Origin: Camelus dromedarius
Lineage: Eukaryota
Reading direction: 5' to 3'
DNA length: 64,000 bases
Assembly: GCF_036321535.1 (NCBI RefSeq)
Contig: NC_087437.1
Coordinates: forward strand, 108,006,001 to 108,070,000
Shown: positions 1-12,453 of the stretch, piece after piece
How positions within the stretch are numbered: the first letter of the stretch is position 1
How the letters are laid out: each line of letters starts with the position of its first letter
The notes under the pieces: model-generated
Database searches by the model: none
What the model saw: the letters and a program-made list of their open reading frames with translations, nothing else
Told to the model about the DNA's origin: nothing
Translations under genes and position numbers: made by a program

Positions 1-2950
1 AATAAAATGAAAACAGCTCTCTGCTTCCCCACCTTTAATCAGTAACATCCCTAACTGTTTTAATTAGAAGAAAGAACAGTTCTGTGTCAGCTCCAAACAA
101 AGGACACACAGTCCTGCGGTGGCAGATGGAGTTGAAGCTCAGGGTGGAAAGCAAGGCAGTACATATGAAATAGCGTTCGGCTCAATATTCTTAGGAAAAA
201 GTAGTAAGGTTTTGCTTCACTTTAGTCTAAGTTACAGCACACCCTTTCCTCTTTATTTTTTGTTACTGCTTCTCCATCCTCCAGTAATTCTTCCAGCTCC
301 ACCTCTGTTCCTAGTGGTACTGTAAGCCCCTGGCATATTTCTATAGGGGAATCTTGATTTTAATCCTTCACCCAATTTTGCTAAGTTGAGCATATGACTT
401 TATCAAAAATGATATCAAAGTTGCACAGTAAAGACTGATACATTCACTCTTTAGTTGGAATCAAAGCACAACTTGCCAGCCGTCTTTCAGGAAACCAACC
501 TGGTTAATAATAATTTTATTATTCCTATGCCCTGGGACTACTATAAGCTAGAGGTAGCAACAATTATTTTTATTCAACAGCATATACTAACACAGTTTAC
601 TCAAAATACAAGATTTCATAAGCTACATCACTGGTTTCAAAATGGTGAAGACAGATTTCCAAATGCAACAAATACATGTATCTAATCTTAAATATATAGA
701 GGTCTATTTCTGTTCAGATTATTTCCTAATTTTGTTCAGTTTCTTGCTAACTTTCTTATGAATTATACATAAGTAAGAATCTAAGCCTCTTTTCCACGTA
801 TAATGATCCTATTTTCATGAACAGAAAGTCTAGCTGAAAACTATTAAAATTTGGATTCCAGAATTAGGCAGTGGAAGAGAAGAAGTAAAATGGAAAGTTA
901 ACACACCCCTTCATTATACACGATGCAAAATGGTGCTTCATGCTGTTACCACTTAGTTTCGATCATTCTCTCTAGCTGGGCTTAAAGAGTTAGTTTCAAC
1001 TACTTGAAACTTGTTACAGGAATATCTAGACACTTCCTGTAGCTTAGAGTCAGCATGAAACTTCTGTTTATGGAATCAGAACTCTTGAGTCACTGTTCTG
1101 TTTCTTATCTGTATTATAAAAAATGATGAAATCATTTCTAAAGTCTTGAATAGCTTGCTATATGATACTGATTCTCAATGGAAATAACAGATGGTAGAAT
1201 TTCTCCCCTTCGGTTGCAATATTTTCAAATTTAGAGATTTTGTTATCTCAGTCACTGCATGTCTCTACCCCTGGTATCAGAAGTTTAAGCTATTTATACA
1301 ATGTACACATACCATGATATTCAATAAGATGATATTACAAAGTAAGTCAAATTCATAAGTTAGTGGAAGACAAGGAGCCCAACTAAAAAAAAATGGTTAA
1401 TAATTCATAAATAATAAAGAAGCATTTTTGTGCTAGTGTGTAGTTATGGGGGAGGGAAATATGCTTCTGTAGTTTTCCTCTGGCCACTGAGATCTTTTTT
1501 TCCCTTGTGCAGTTACCCTTTATTTAATGTTTAGCTGTCTAAGCTCTTTTTTCCATTAGTCTCAGCCTTTTCTCACTTCCTTCATTTTTCAGCAGAACTA
1601 GCTTTGACTTAGAATCTTTTCTGCAATGTTGCTATAAAATTGCCACCAGCAACCAAAATCAGCCAGCCGGCACACTACTAAAAGTGGTATAATTAGAATA
1701 AACTCCCCCATATATTTTTGTATGACCTTGCATTGACAAAATTAAAAAAAGAAAAAATGGGATGCTCTTTTCCTTTCTCTTTCAAGCAAGGGAATTAGTT
1801 CAGTTAAGCAAGTGGACAAGGATAAGATTCTTGAAAGAGGAGAGAAAAACAGTAAAATTTTAGTTTTTCTTTTGAAAAATCAATTTTATAAAAATGTCTC
1901 AGTACCACAGCTAAGGGTTTTCTTTTTCTTAAGCGTCACCATAAATATATCTTTATAGGGGGATCTTTAGTTACTGAAGGAAGATAACAGCACACTTGAA
2001 CTCTTGCAGCCCCTACTGGGTGAGGGTTGCAAGCACACCATTCAGCTGTTGAATCCATGTGATATTGAGACTCCCCCAAAATATCCTTGCCACAAACACT
2101 AGGAAAAAAAAAAAAAAGATAAAGGTTCTTTTCTGCCACTTATCTTTCTCCTAGAAGATCCCTCTGCTGGCAGGGTGACTGGGAGAGCCTTGGGGGAGCC
2201 TCTCCAGACGTGAAACGCACACATTCTCTAGATGGTACAAAACAGGAAGTTGCCCCATTTTGGGAAAGGCGCAGGATCCACTTGATTTTCACCTGCTATC
2301 CTGGGACTCATTTAAACTCTAATGAGGTAGAAAAACTGTGTTTCCTAGAATTTTTTCTCAGCAGAGGTAATTTTGGGGATTGGCAAAAGAGGCATGATTA
2401 GGCAAGAACAGACTACAGTAAAATACCTTCTTAGAAAAATAGATCTGGAGTTCCTTGTTTTGCTTAGTGGGGTATTCAAGTTTATAGCAGGAACTCAGGA
2501 GAGGTGTCTAAGAGTAGCCAGCAGGGCACTTCATCTTCATACTTCACCACAGGGCACTCAGACTCTTTTCCAAACAAATGCGGAGCCAGTAGTTTGAGAA
2601 GATTGGTTAGACAAGCACCATATGATCGCCTAGCTCGGGACACAGTAGATCTTCATCTTAGTCTTTCCCTACGGCATCAGCAATTATGATTTAAATTTAT
2701 TGACAATCCTTGGCAAAGTCAGGTAATCAGACTTTAGACTTTTCCCAAGTTTATCTCTAAGTTTCATAATTTTTTTTTCTTTTCATACTGCTCTGTATTT
2801 ATAAATGTGAAGTGACTGATGTTTAGAACAGAGTGAGCATTAAAATCATTGCAGTTAACTAACTCATTGTTTTATATATTAGTGTTTCACATATGAAAGC
2901 ACCAAATATTATTAGCCTCTAAACAGGTGTTGTGAAGGTAAGGGAATTGT

Positions 2951-2954
<4 letters not shown>

Positions 2955-2994
<40 letters not shown>
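2955..2994. repeat. (GT)20 microsatellite
   Basis: Perfect GT run read directly from the sequence. Confidence 0.97.
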
Positions 2995-2997
<3 letters not shown>

Positions 2998-3184
2998 AGG
3001 GGTGAGGAGGTATGTGTGTATGCATGTCATTGATTTTACTGTCTAATTCAGCGAGAGCATAACTACTAGATACTTTGCTAAGAGACAGTGTGGAAATATA
3101 GGTTAACCATTATTTCACTTTACATGTTTATCTGCGTTAGTGATCAGATTCAGTGTTTTCAATTCATTGTCCAGCAAGCCCACC

Positions 3185-4900
3185 TCTTACTAATTTTCTT
3201 TCCATTACTGAGGGAGGAGTATTGAAGTCTCCAACTGTAATATAGATCTGTGTATTTGTCCTTTCACTTTTATCAGTTTTTGCTTTACGTAATTTAAATC
3301 TCTGTTACTAGGTATATACCCAATTAAGTTTTTTGTATCTTCTTGATGAGGTGAATTGACACCTTTATTGTTATGCAAAATGGCTCTTTGGTCCTGGTAA
3401 ATTTCTCTGCTCTGAAGTCTACTTTGTCTGATATTTATTTAGTCACTTCAGTTCTATTTTGATTAATGTTTCCATGATATATCTATTTTTATCCTTATAC
3501 TTTTAACTTATTTGTATCAAGTAACTTTTTTATAAGCAGAATATATTTGGATAATTTTTTTGCCCATTCTGACAATCTCTGAATTTTAATTGATTTTTAG
3601 ATCATTTACATTTAACATAATTCTTGATATTTGGAATTATGTCTACCACTTTATCATTTGTTTGCTTTCTCTTACCTCTGCTTTAAATCCTTACCTCTCC
3701 TCTTTCCTGATGTCTTTTGTGTTAATCGAACATTTTTCAGTTGAACAGAGTTTGGGTTTTTCCATTGCTATTTCTTCTACCATTTCTTATAGTCTTCACA
3801 TACTTTTATCAGGACTGTTGCTTTGTGGCTGGAGTGCTGATTGGTGGGGGGGGTGGGTAGTATTTTTTCTCAATGTTTGTGCTCCACCCTCAACTTTCAT
3901 CATCTCTGCGTACCTGCACTATAGGGGGTCTCGCTCCATGCTATTTCTTCCCCACAGTGGTAGACTGCTTTTGTCTGTTATAGGATTCTGGGCTAGAGTG
4001 TTGGCCAGCAAGAATTTACTGCTGTCCAGTTTTAACCTCAGTTTAGGCAGATCGTGTGTGCCCAGCCTCATGGGGAGCAAAGTGGGGGAACTTTCTCAGC
4101 ATTTTTTCTCCCCATGTCACCCACACTTTGTCTTTGATTTGTATTGGTCTTTACCAGGTATTCCCTAATCTTAACCCATTTGAAGCAAACCTCTAATAGA
4201 GCTTGGATGAAGATTCTAAGCCCAGCACAGCTTTCTTAACCCCATCCTGTAATACAAAGGTTTCTCTTCCATTTCCCCAGTGACAATGTCTTTGCTATGC
4301 CCTTAAGGTGATGGCGTGTTGTTTCTCTGCTGGGAGCTACAGGTTTTTGTTTCATAGGAGAAAAGTTTAAGGGAAATAGGGCTTTGTATCTTCCCCCCAG
4401 CAGCTAAGGATCATTTTCTGCAAGATTCCACCAAAGAGAGGAGCTCTTTTTGGTCTGCAGCCCTGCCTCCAGATTTTCTTTTGAGTTACTAAGAGAGGTT
4501 CATTTAAAAAAAAAAAAAGCTTGTAAGATAATGAGAATGATGTTGCGGTCTGGGCCCCCGTCCTTCTGGTCTTACATGGACAATAGTTGTTTACGCTTGA
4601 TCTTTAATAATTTGCTAGAATTTCAGCTGATTTTGTTTTTCTTGTTTCCATTTTTAGTATCTGCTAAGCAGCCTCTGCTTCCCCCAGTGCTCTGACGCTG
4701 GTTATCTAGACTGCCTTATCTCCTTGAGTATGGGCATGTTTCTCTGTGGAATTGGAATAATTTGGGTGGATTACAGCCTCAGCTTCCTGGTAAACTCAAA
4801 AAAGTTATGATCTTATAGTTTATTTCACTTTATCTTACTGTTAGAATGCAAGCAATGTTCCTTCCAACTTCTTACATCCTAGCCAGAAGCAGAAATCTCC
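3185..4900 (-). mobile_element. Old L1M (L1MD/ME-like) fragment: ORF2 endonuclease region joined to 5' end region
   Basis: gtattgaagtctccaactgtaa...ctctgaagtctactttgtctgata resembles the antisense start of L1 ORF2; ...ttccaactttcttacatcctagccagaagcagaaatc (~4860-4900) resembles the antisense L1M 5' terminus. Boundaries approximate. Confidence 0.75.
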
Positions 4901-6440
4901 TTCTTTTGGTCTGGCTCCAGCTATATAATCTGAAGCTTAATGAATTAATACATACCTACAATCAACTAGGAAAATGAACTAGTGTTTACTAGCTTTCGTC
5001 TGCTAATGCCTTAATTTAAAATTTTTAATTAAATAATTAAAATTATTTAAAGAATTTAAATAATGTTGGAAAGGACAGACACCAGACAATCGGATTTCTA
5101 ATCTGCATGTTCAGTAAAATCACATGATTAGCTGCTACTCAAATTATAGGAAAATGGTTGTTTAGCATCAGCCTTGAAATAAAGAAAAGACAGAGAAGAG
5201 GTGCAATCCCAAATGAATTTGTCTATCAGTTGAAAGCATTGGTAGAACAGAGAATATGTGATGGTAATGAGATATCAACAGAAAGCACTTTCTTTTTTTT
5301 ATTGTGAGATTGATTATATTTACTATTTTTTCTTAATATTCCATGAAATTCTTTCAAATTTTAAAATACTTTCTCCCTGAAATTTTTAGTGAGCTTGTAT
5401 TACAACTGCTTTTAAAGAGTAATAAGTAACAATCAAACTAGAATCCAGATAACTATGACTTTAAATACAAGGAGAGGGTACATGGACAAAGACAATTTAA
5501 TTTCAAGGATGATCAATCAACAACCCATCTCAACTGGTGTCAGTATGAGCATAGTTCAATTTTCAATACATTATCGATACTGTATAAATAGTAGCAAATT
5601 ATAAATTATTATATAGAGGATTGTTAACAGTCCCTGGACTGTGTTCATGCAAGAGGTTTTATAAACCATTTTAACAATGTAGACAGAAATAAAATAGTTT
5701 CTATCCACTAATGCTTAGATCAACAGAAAATTAAATTAAATTAACTGGAACATCCTATTCCCAGAGAAATTCACTCAATAGTGGTTTTATAATAACAAGA
5801 ATGTCTTAGAAATATTTATAAGGACTTATTCTGAGAAGGTTACTGAATTTTTTCAGTGTAACTGAAGTTAGTCCTTCAAGATCCCAGTGAAGTAGAGAAA
5901 TGTTTTCTCATTACTATTTGACAAATCCAGGGTATAAATAGTTAAATATCATCACAGAGCACTTTGGTAGAAAATGGAACATTTTCTATTTGTTCACAGA
6001 CATTTATTTACACTTGGGTTAATTTATAAATGCATGCAATAAATAACCTAAGTCATTTTTATAACCTTTTAAAAAGCCCCAAGAATGCACAATGTATTTA
6101 TACTGCCATTGCTGGAGATTAACTAACATTTAAAGATAAGAAACATTCAATAAAAGAACCACTGCATGAGAAACACTAGTGTATAATCATGCACATTTAT
6201 CAAGGATTAATAATCTTCTTTTAATAAACTTAATCTTAGAAAGGTACATCAAATATTCAGTATTCATCTTTCTTCTTTCAAGTGCAATCTTAATTTTAGT
6301 CTCAGATTTAATACACTTTTACGAACAAGTACTTGATTTTTTTGTCCATAAGACTGTCTTGTTCTCTTTCAATCCATTCTAAATTCTTTACAACATACTG
6401 AACTGATGTCTTTGCCTTGTTTTGTTTTGTTTTTCAACAG

Positions 6441-6517
6441 AGCAGAACACGAGATCTTTTGGACAGCTACGGTGCTTACTTCGAAGTAGTACTGAGATGA
6501 GAAATCATTCTTTTTAA
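6441..6517 (+). other. Candidate exon start (strong 3' splice acceptor), possibly a terminal exon; host gene unknown
   Basis: No AG between 6353 and 6438, branch-like ctgaac/ctgat, long U-rich tract ending ttttcaacag|AGCAG; 4 CpGs within ~90 nt downstream; no strong donor nearby. Confidence 0.4.
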
Positions 6518-7739
6518 TGATTTACCGAAGTCTTTTTCTTATTGAGAACTGCATAATGTTGTGTATTACTGATAACTGCTTTCATTCTCCACCTTCTTTC
6601 AGCAAAGGACAGAGTGATGAGTTTTGTTTTGGTTTGCTTTACGTAAAAAGAAAACATTTCTTTCCATGCTTCTTATCCCTACAGCCTACTCATTGTCAGT
6701 TCATGCACATTTTGTGCTTTCTAATAAGTAATTCTGTGATTCATTGCAATATCACTGTGCCCGAAGCAAGGAGATTCTCTTCCACATGTTGAACTCTGGG
6801 GGAATCTGGTGGAGAAAGAAACAGAATTTTAAATGCTTGCTGGAAAAAACAAATGTGTTGTCAAGCTCTACTCTCTAATAGATCACACAGAGACCCTTAG
6901 ACCTAGAAAGAAACATTTTTTTACTCTTTGCTGAAGCACTTCTAGTGATAGGTGTCTCAGTGCTGATTTCATTTATAAACAGATTTAAATAATTTAGTCA
7001 CTATCTGACCCTCTGTAAGTGTCCAATTTAAGTCCTGTGGACCTACATAGACCAAGACTAATTCTCTTTGCCCATGAGCATCTTTTAAGGACCCTGCTCA
7101 TGTCCTGCAGTGAATATGTTGTTTTTCTCTGGCCACATCCCTTCTTTAAGCTTTCATTACTTCCTTTACTCCTTGTAGCCTTGGTGAGACTGTCTTGGTG
7201 GCATGTGGTTGGGGTGATCAGAAGTATATGCTGTGTCTCTAGTAGAGAGAAATTTCTAGAGGTTGGCACAAAACAAGACCCTCCTCGGTCTTCTTCATTA
7301 AGTGAGCCAAGATCTCCCTTTTTGGCTTAAAATAATCTGAGTGGTATTTCTCTTCCTTCATTAACCATGAATGGGTTTTTAATATACTTTGGCTATAGCA
7401 CACTTTTCCTTGTCTTTTTCCTCAGTGTCTAGCCTATTCTGGGCTCTGCCATATGGGTGTTCTTTCTTTCAAAGTGCATTTTTTTCCCAATGTTTTCTTA
7501 AAATGAATTTCCCAGAAATGAGCAAAACTGTGCTAAAGGGCCAACTCAGAATAGTGCGTAGCAACAATCTCCTAGTCCTGAAAGCTATCTATCCACTAAT
7601 ATAGCCTGAGTTGGCATTGCTTTACTGGCACTCCATCAGCTGATTTGTTTGCATTGAGTTGGTGATCAAGTAAATGGCCGGGAGTCCTCACCTACCATCA
7701 GAGGGAGGAATGAGAGTCACTTACGGTATTAGGTAAACC

Positions 7740-7995
7740 TTCTGTTGCCTTCCTGTGGGGTTGCCTCCAGTCATAGGTCTCTACTCCTCTCAAAGCAGCT
7801 TGTTTTCCATGACCCTTATCCAGGCTCCAGTAATCAGTCCCTGCTTTTAAGTCTAGGCCAGCTAATAGCTTCACTGCTGCTGGCCTAGCTTCCTCTGAAG
7901 TTCCCCTATACCTAGCCTGTGCCTTTGTTTAATATTGGTGTCGATAACTTTCTCATTATTCTGTTTTGAGGGTGTCATTGATTTCCTGTCTCAAG
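7740..7995 (+). mobile_element. ERVL LTR fragment (LTR33/LTR16-like)
   Basis: aatagcttcactgctgctggc...cctttgtttaata...ttttgagggtgtcattgatttcctgtc resembles the LTR33-type 3' end. Confidence 0.5.
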
Positions 7996-8224
7996 TACGT
8001 TGAACAAGAATAAATACAAATTCTTTACTTGATTGATAGACATCTCTCTTCAGAATGACATCGATAGTTCTCTCTAAATAAAAATAATAATAATAATAAA
8101 AAGACAAACAATGTCGTGAATCTTAAGCCAAATACTTTACTAAAGAGTCATAGATACCTTCTGAGTCAGGAGAGACCACCTGGAATTTTTATAATCAGAC
8201 AATTTGGTTGAAACTTTGATTTTG

Positions 8225-8355
8225 CTTTTTTGAGTTCGTGACTCAAATCTGTGAATCCAGTATCCTCATTTGTATCGTAGGGATTGCAAAGTATCATTCT
8301 AAAGGTGGCTGTAAAAAGTAACTGGGTTAAATATTGAAGGGACCTTGTAGAGAAC
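8225..8355 (+). mobile_element. MIR SINE fragment
   Basis: gtgactcaaatctgtgaatccagtatcctcatttgta is a degenerate MIR core. Confidence 0.6.
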
Positions 8356-8682
8356 ATGTTGCTGAGTAGATCATCCCTCGTTTTATTCCTCTTTGACTTC
8401 CATGTATTTTACAACAGGTGGTAGCATCAGGTACATGGCACATGCTGGGCACCACATGAGAAGAGAGTCTGCATTTGTTTGTCAGTTTTAAGACTACATG
8501 GCACCACCGCTAGTTTAAGAACCCCCAGAATTTAGCATAGTAAGTCTTGCACACTTGGAAAATTCTCTGGACTGGAGTTGTGGAGTCATGGATTCTATTC
8601 ACTTATCTAGTGTTAGTTATGTACCTATCTTTCCTTATTTATAAAAAGAAATACCTCAAATAGACAATTTTGGTGATATTCT

Positions 8683-9114
8683 TGTTACTGAGCCAAAGCT
8701 CATGCTGCTAGCCACACAACAGGCCAATAAATCGAGAGACAAATTGCTGGGGTATGAAATAGTGACTTCATTTGGAAAGCCAGCAGATCAAGAAGATGGT
8801 GGACTACTGTCCCAAAGGACCATCTTCCCTAAGTTAGAATTCAGGCTTCTTTTATACTGAAAGAGGAGGAAGTAAAGTCCTAGTTCTGGTCAGACTCCAG
8901 AGGACATGTGCTAATTACTTCCTTCTTGCAGTCTTTCACAGGTAGACCTGGTCAGAATGTTTCCTGTGAGCTGAACAAAGGTAGTTTAGCTTGATACTCA
9001 TCATGGGAGACAGGGGTCCCAGAAATCTGCCATTATGTATAATTTTAGCTTATAGGCAACATCCCTTTAGTGATTAATTTGTAGCAGAATAAGTTAAATT
9101 GTCTTCCTATTACA
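8683..9114 (-). mobile_element. ERV1-type solo LTR (artiodactyl MER41-like family)
   Basis: TG...CA termini (tgttactgagcc...cctattaca), imperfect 4-bp TSD ttct/tttt, and the characteristic ggaaagccagcagatcaagaagatggtggactactgtcccaaaggaccatctt segment. Confidence 0.8.
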
Positions 9115-9429
9115 TTTTCTAGCGCTAAAACTTCTATGTGATTTTTATCCACATATAAATATGTGATTAATATATGTGGTTTATAAATATTTAGGGGTAG
9201 AGCTTGTTAAATATCTTTTAGTTTAAATATCAGGAGTTTAGAAATTTAGAACATAAATATACTCAATAATTACCACAGATGAAATGGTTATACAAATTGT
9301 TTCTTCTGTAACTTACTTTTCCTGAAAGTTTCCTATTTAAGCCAATTTACTTCAACCTTTGTCACTGTCATATTGATTTGGTGACCTTTTACCAGAGACC
9401 ACAGGCAACAGGTCTTTATCCTTTTGCAG

Positions 9430-9479
9430 AAGCTATGAGTACAGACTAAATATCCATATTTGATCAAATTGGAAGTTAG
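9430..9479 (+). other. Candidate 50-nt non-coding or poison exon
   Basis: Acceptor ctttatccttttgcag| and consensus donor TAG|gtaagt; stop codons in all three frames. Confidence 0.3.
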
Positions 9480-10254
9480 GTAAGTGACATAAGCTGATTT
9501 TCTGACTTTAGCAAAATACCATTTATGAAATATTACTTTTATTAATAATAATATCTTATTAATAATAAAATAACATTTATTAGCATCAATATAATAAAAG
9601 GGTATTATATAATAAAATAGTATTGTTACATAGTAATAAAAGGTTAAATATTATTTAATAAAATAATTCTCATTACTATAATAAAAAAGTAGTATCTAGT
9701 AAATATGAACATAGTAGTTAACATACTACTGAGCTAGATTACAATATTATAAATAAGAGGCAAATTTGATATGAATGAGATATTTCCATAATTGTATTTC
9801 ATCAGCAGGATATAATTGCATTAATAGGTACATGCTATTTTCTTAACATCTAGAATACCAAAGCAAGTGGCATTGAAGAGGAAAAGGAGGAAATAATTTT
9901 GCATGCATAGAAACAGTAGTGACTGTGAGTGTTTGCACACCGTACGTGTAATCCCACCACCCCATCCTTTCAGTGATTCATATCAAACACTGATTGTTTT
10001 TTAATAAGAAGGAAGAAAAGACCTAACACAGGCAAACAAGGCTGAGAGGTATAGCTATGACCCAAACACTTCGGTACAATCACTCTTCTTGAAAACCACT
10101 TCTCCATTTGAAAAGGAAAAGCTCTAGACTGATTTATTAGAAGGTTTTTGTCTTCTTTTAAGAGATATGTCTTTGTGTGCGTGTGGTTGTGTGTGTGTGC
10201 GTGCATATGATGAGAAAACTTTTTAGATATGTTACAAAACAGTAAAAATAACAA

Positions 10255-10427
10255 GGGGGTTAGTGTATAGCTCAAGTTGTAGAGTGTGTGCTTAGCATGC
10301 ACGAGGTCCTGGGTTCAATCCCCAGTACCTCATCTAAAAGCAAATAAATAAATAAATATAAATTACTCCCCCCAAATAAATAAATAAATAGATTAAAAAA
10401 CTGATTCAAGATTTAAGAAAAAGAAAG
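10255..10427 (+). mobile_element. Vic-1-type camelid SINE (tRNA-Ala-derived)
   Basis: Head ggggg..tatagctcaagttgtagag..cttagcatgcacgaggtcctgggttcaatccccagtacctc (A and B boxes), AATA-rich tail with aattactccccc, imperfect TSD aaaataacaa/aaaataatga. Confidence 0.9.
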
Positions 10428-10780
10428 AAAATAATGAGGGTAAAGAACCATCCCATCTGCTCAATCTCTTGATTGATAAGCTATAGAGAATTAGTTTTGA
10501 CATTCAGAAAAAAAAACTTATAATTCCACCACCCATACATAGGAATTTTAATTCTTTTAAAAATATTTTCCTCTGGAAGTATTCATGTGGATAGCATTTT
10601 TTATAGAGTTGAGAGAGTCAAGTGGATTTACATCTCTAAACATGCATTGCTAAACTCTGTATTTCTAAATCTTTCTAATAAGATTATATTGATTTCTATT
10701 TCAGACAGCAGTATAAGGAATGTTTCTCTCACCTGAGGCTCACTCACATTGTTGAATCGCTCTGTGTAAGCTCCTTTGAA

Positions 10781-10888
10781 AGTACAAAGTCAAAAAATTA
10801 AAAAAAAATTCAATTAAAAATAAAATAAATCATAGACTATAATAAATCATATTATGAGTACAAAAAAAAAAGAGTACAAAGTCAAAAA
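10781..10888 (+). mobile_element. Severely 5'-truncated retroposon (tail only) with a 16-bp TSD
   Basis: agtacaaagtcaaaaa at 10781-10796 and 10873-10888 flanks an A-rich 76-bp insert ending in poly(A). Confidence 0.75.
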
Positions 10889-12316
10889 TCCTTGGGGGAT
10901 GGGCAAACAACTTGACGGTAGGTACCCAGTTTTGTTCTGAAACACCTTGGCTTTATAGTCCTTACCCAGTTAACCTTAATCCGGAGGTCATCATCTAAAT
11001 TTAGTCCCTCCTACAACTTGAGAATCAACATTGAGAGCTAACACTGATTAACTTTAAAGGAGCCAATATGTTGGAAAGAGGAGACAATGTTTAATACAGA
11101 TTTCTTTTTTTTTTACCAAGCTGAAGGACACATGCATATTCTAGCTGGAGGCTTTTTTGTCTCAGGATTACTTATGACAGAGAAAGAAGAGAATTTTGCC
11201 TCTAGGACATTATTTCAAGTTTATTCAAAATTTCATGCAGAAGTAGTCACCCACAGATGGTTTCTCTGTAGCTTGCCTGAATTGAACAAATCGTCCCAGA
11301 ACTGTTCTTAGCAGTGGATAAATGCCCACTTCACAAATCCCTGACTGTCAGTCTTCAGGGAGTGGAGAAGGGTGGAATGCAGACGAGAAAATCTAAACTC
11401 TTCCTCAACCCTTGGAGGAGGCCTCTTTCCAGGGCAAATTCAAGTGCATCTGCCTTGCTGCAAGGCAAGTTCTCTACTTTATGGGAGATCAACCCAAAAG
11501 GATTCAAAACTCTTGCCTGGGTAATTTTAAGACCATATTTTACTGATGTTTTAAAATGTGACTTTTATGTTTTTGACCTTTGACCTTTAACCATGCTTTA
11601 AAAAAGTCCTCTATTTTAAATCTTACAATTCTTTAAGACCAACTTCCAGTCTTCAGATCCAGGATTATCCCAACCTCCAGTGAACTCCCTTCTGGTGTTT
11701 ATTTTCTCTATTGCCATTTACTGCTTCTTATTGCTTTATTATTGCTGTTGTTGTTGCTGTAAGCATGCTTTGAACTTTAGGAAAATTATAATTATATTGA
11801 GGTTAGGGCTGGATATTTTATTTCTAATTCCTTCCATGCCTTGAACAATGTAGGTTCCATTATTACATACTGAACACTTGCTAACAATTTTCAAAATGTG
11901 GAATACACCAATTGTTTAGCTCCTTGGAACAGTAATTTAACATTATCATATGGAATGTTGATGGTCTGGTCAGGGAGTGATATTTCCTTCCATTAATTCT
12001 TATATGTAAAATACTTAAACTGGAAATAGTTTTCACTGGAGAAGAAGGAAAAGGAAACCAGAATGAACCTTACTCTTAGTCATCATGGACTTTAATTTTT
12101 GTGATTCCAGGCAGGGCAAGCTAAGTTTAACAAAATAAATCAAAAATTAACATTATACTTTAAAAAACACATTTTAAACCTTTTAAAAGAAGAATATTTA
12201 TTAGAGAGAGACAGTTAAGTGAATTGTTGGGGGAAAACTGCTCAAGTGTTTAACAGTGGGAGAAACTTTGTAGTCTTTGAATATTTATTAACATCTCTAT
12301 AAAATGCCTTTATAAA

Positions 12317-12453
12317 TAGAATGTCCATATGTACCAGTGTAATCAGGGTAGTCCTGGCTTGTGCTTAATATTCTGAAAAATTATGAATAGCCTTTTTCTA
12401 CACTTTTCATATCCATCATGTCACGAACAGGATAATAAACTTTATGACCAATA
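12317..12453 (-). mobile_element. MER81-like hAT-Blackjack MITE
   Basis: Follows the recalled reverse-complement MER81 consensus along its length (tagggtgaccatacgtccc...gataaattatatggtcaccc), degenerate. Confidence 0.65.

Noticed and set aside
3590..4168. Longest ORF (192 aa, hydrophobic)
   Set aside because: Lies antisense in a T-rich L1 remnant; the Phe/Leu/Ser bias reflects base composition, and it does not start with ATG
9530..9740. Extremely AT-rich tract with short internal repeats
   Set aside because: Low-complexity sequence with no regular unit; no support for a CRISPR-like or satellite array
10255..10330. tRNA-Ala-like sequence (also at 18453 and 55945-56022)
   Set aside because: These are SINE heads: degenerate stems, followed by the SINE tail and A-rich end with TSDs, not functional tRNA genes
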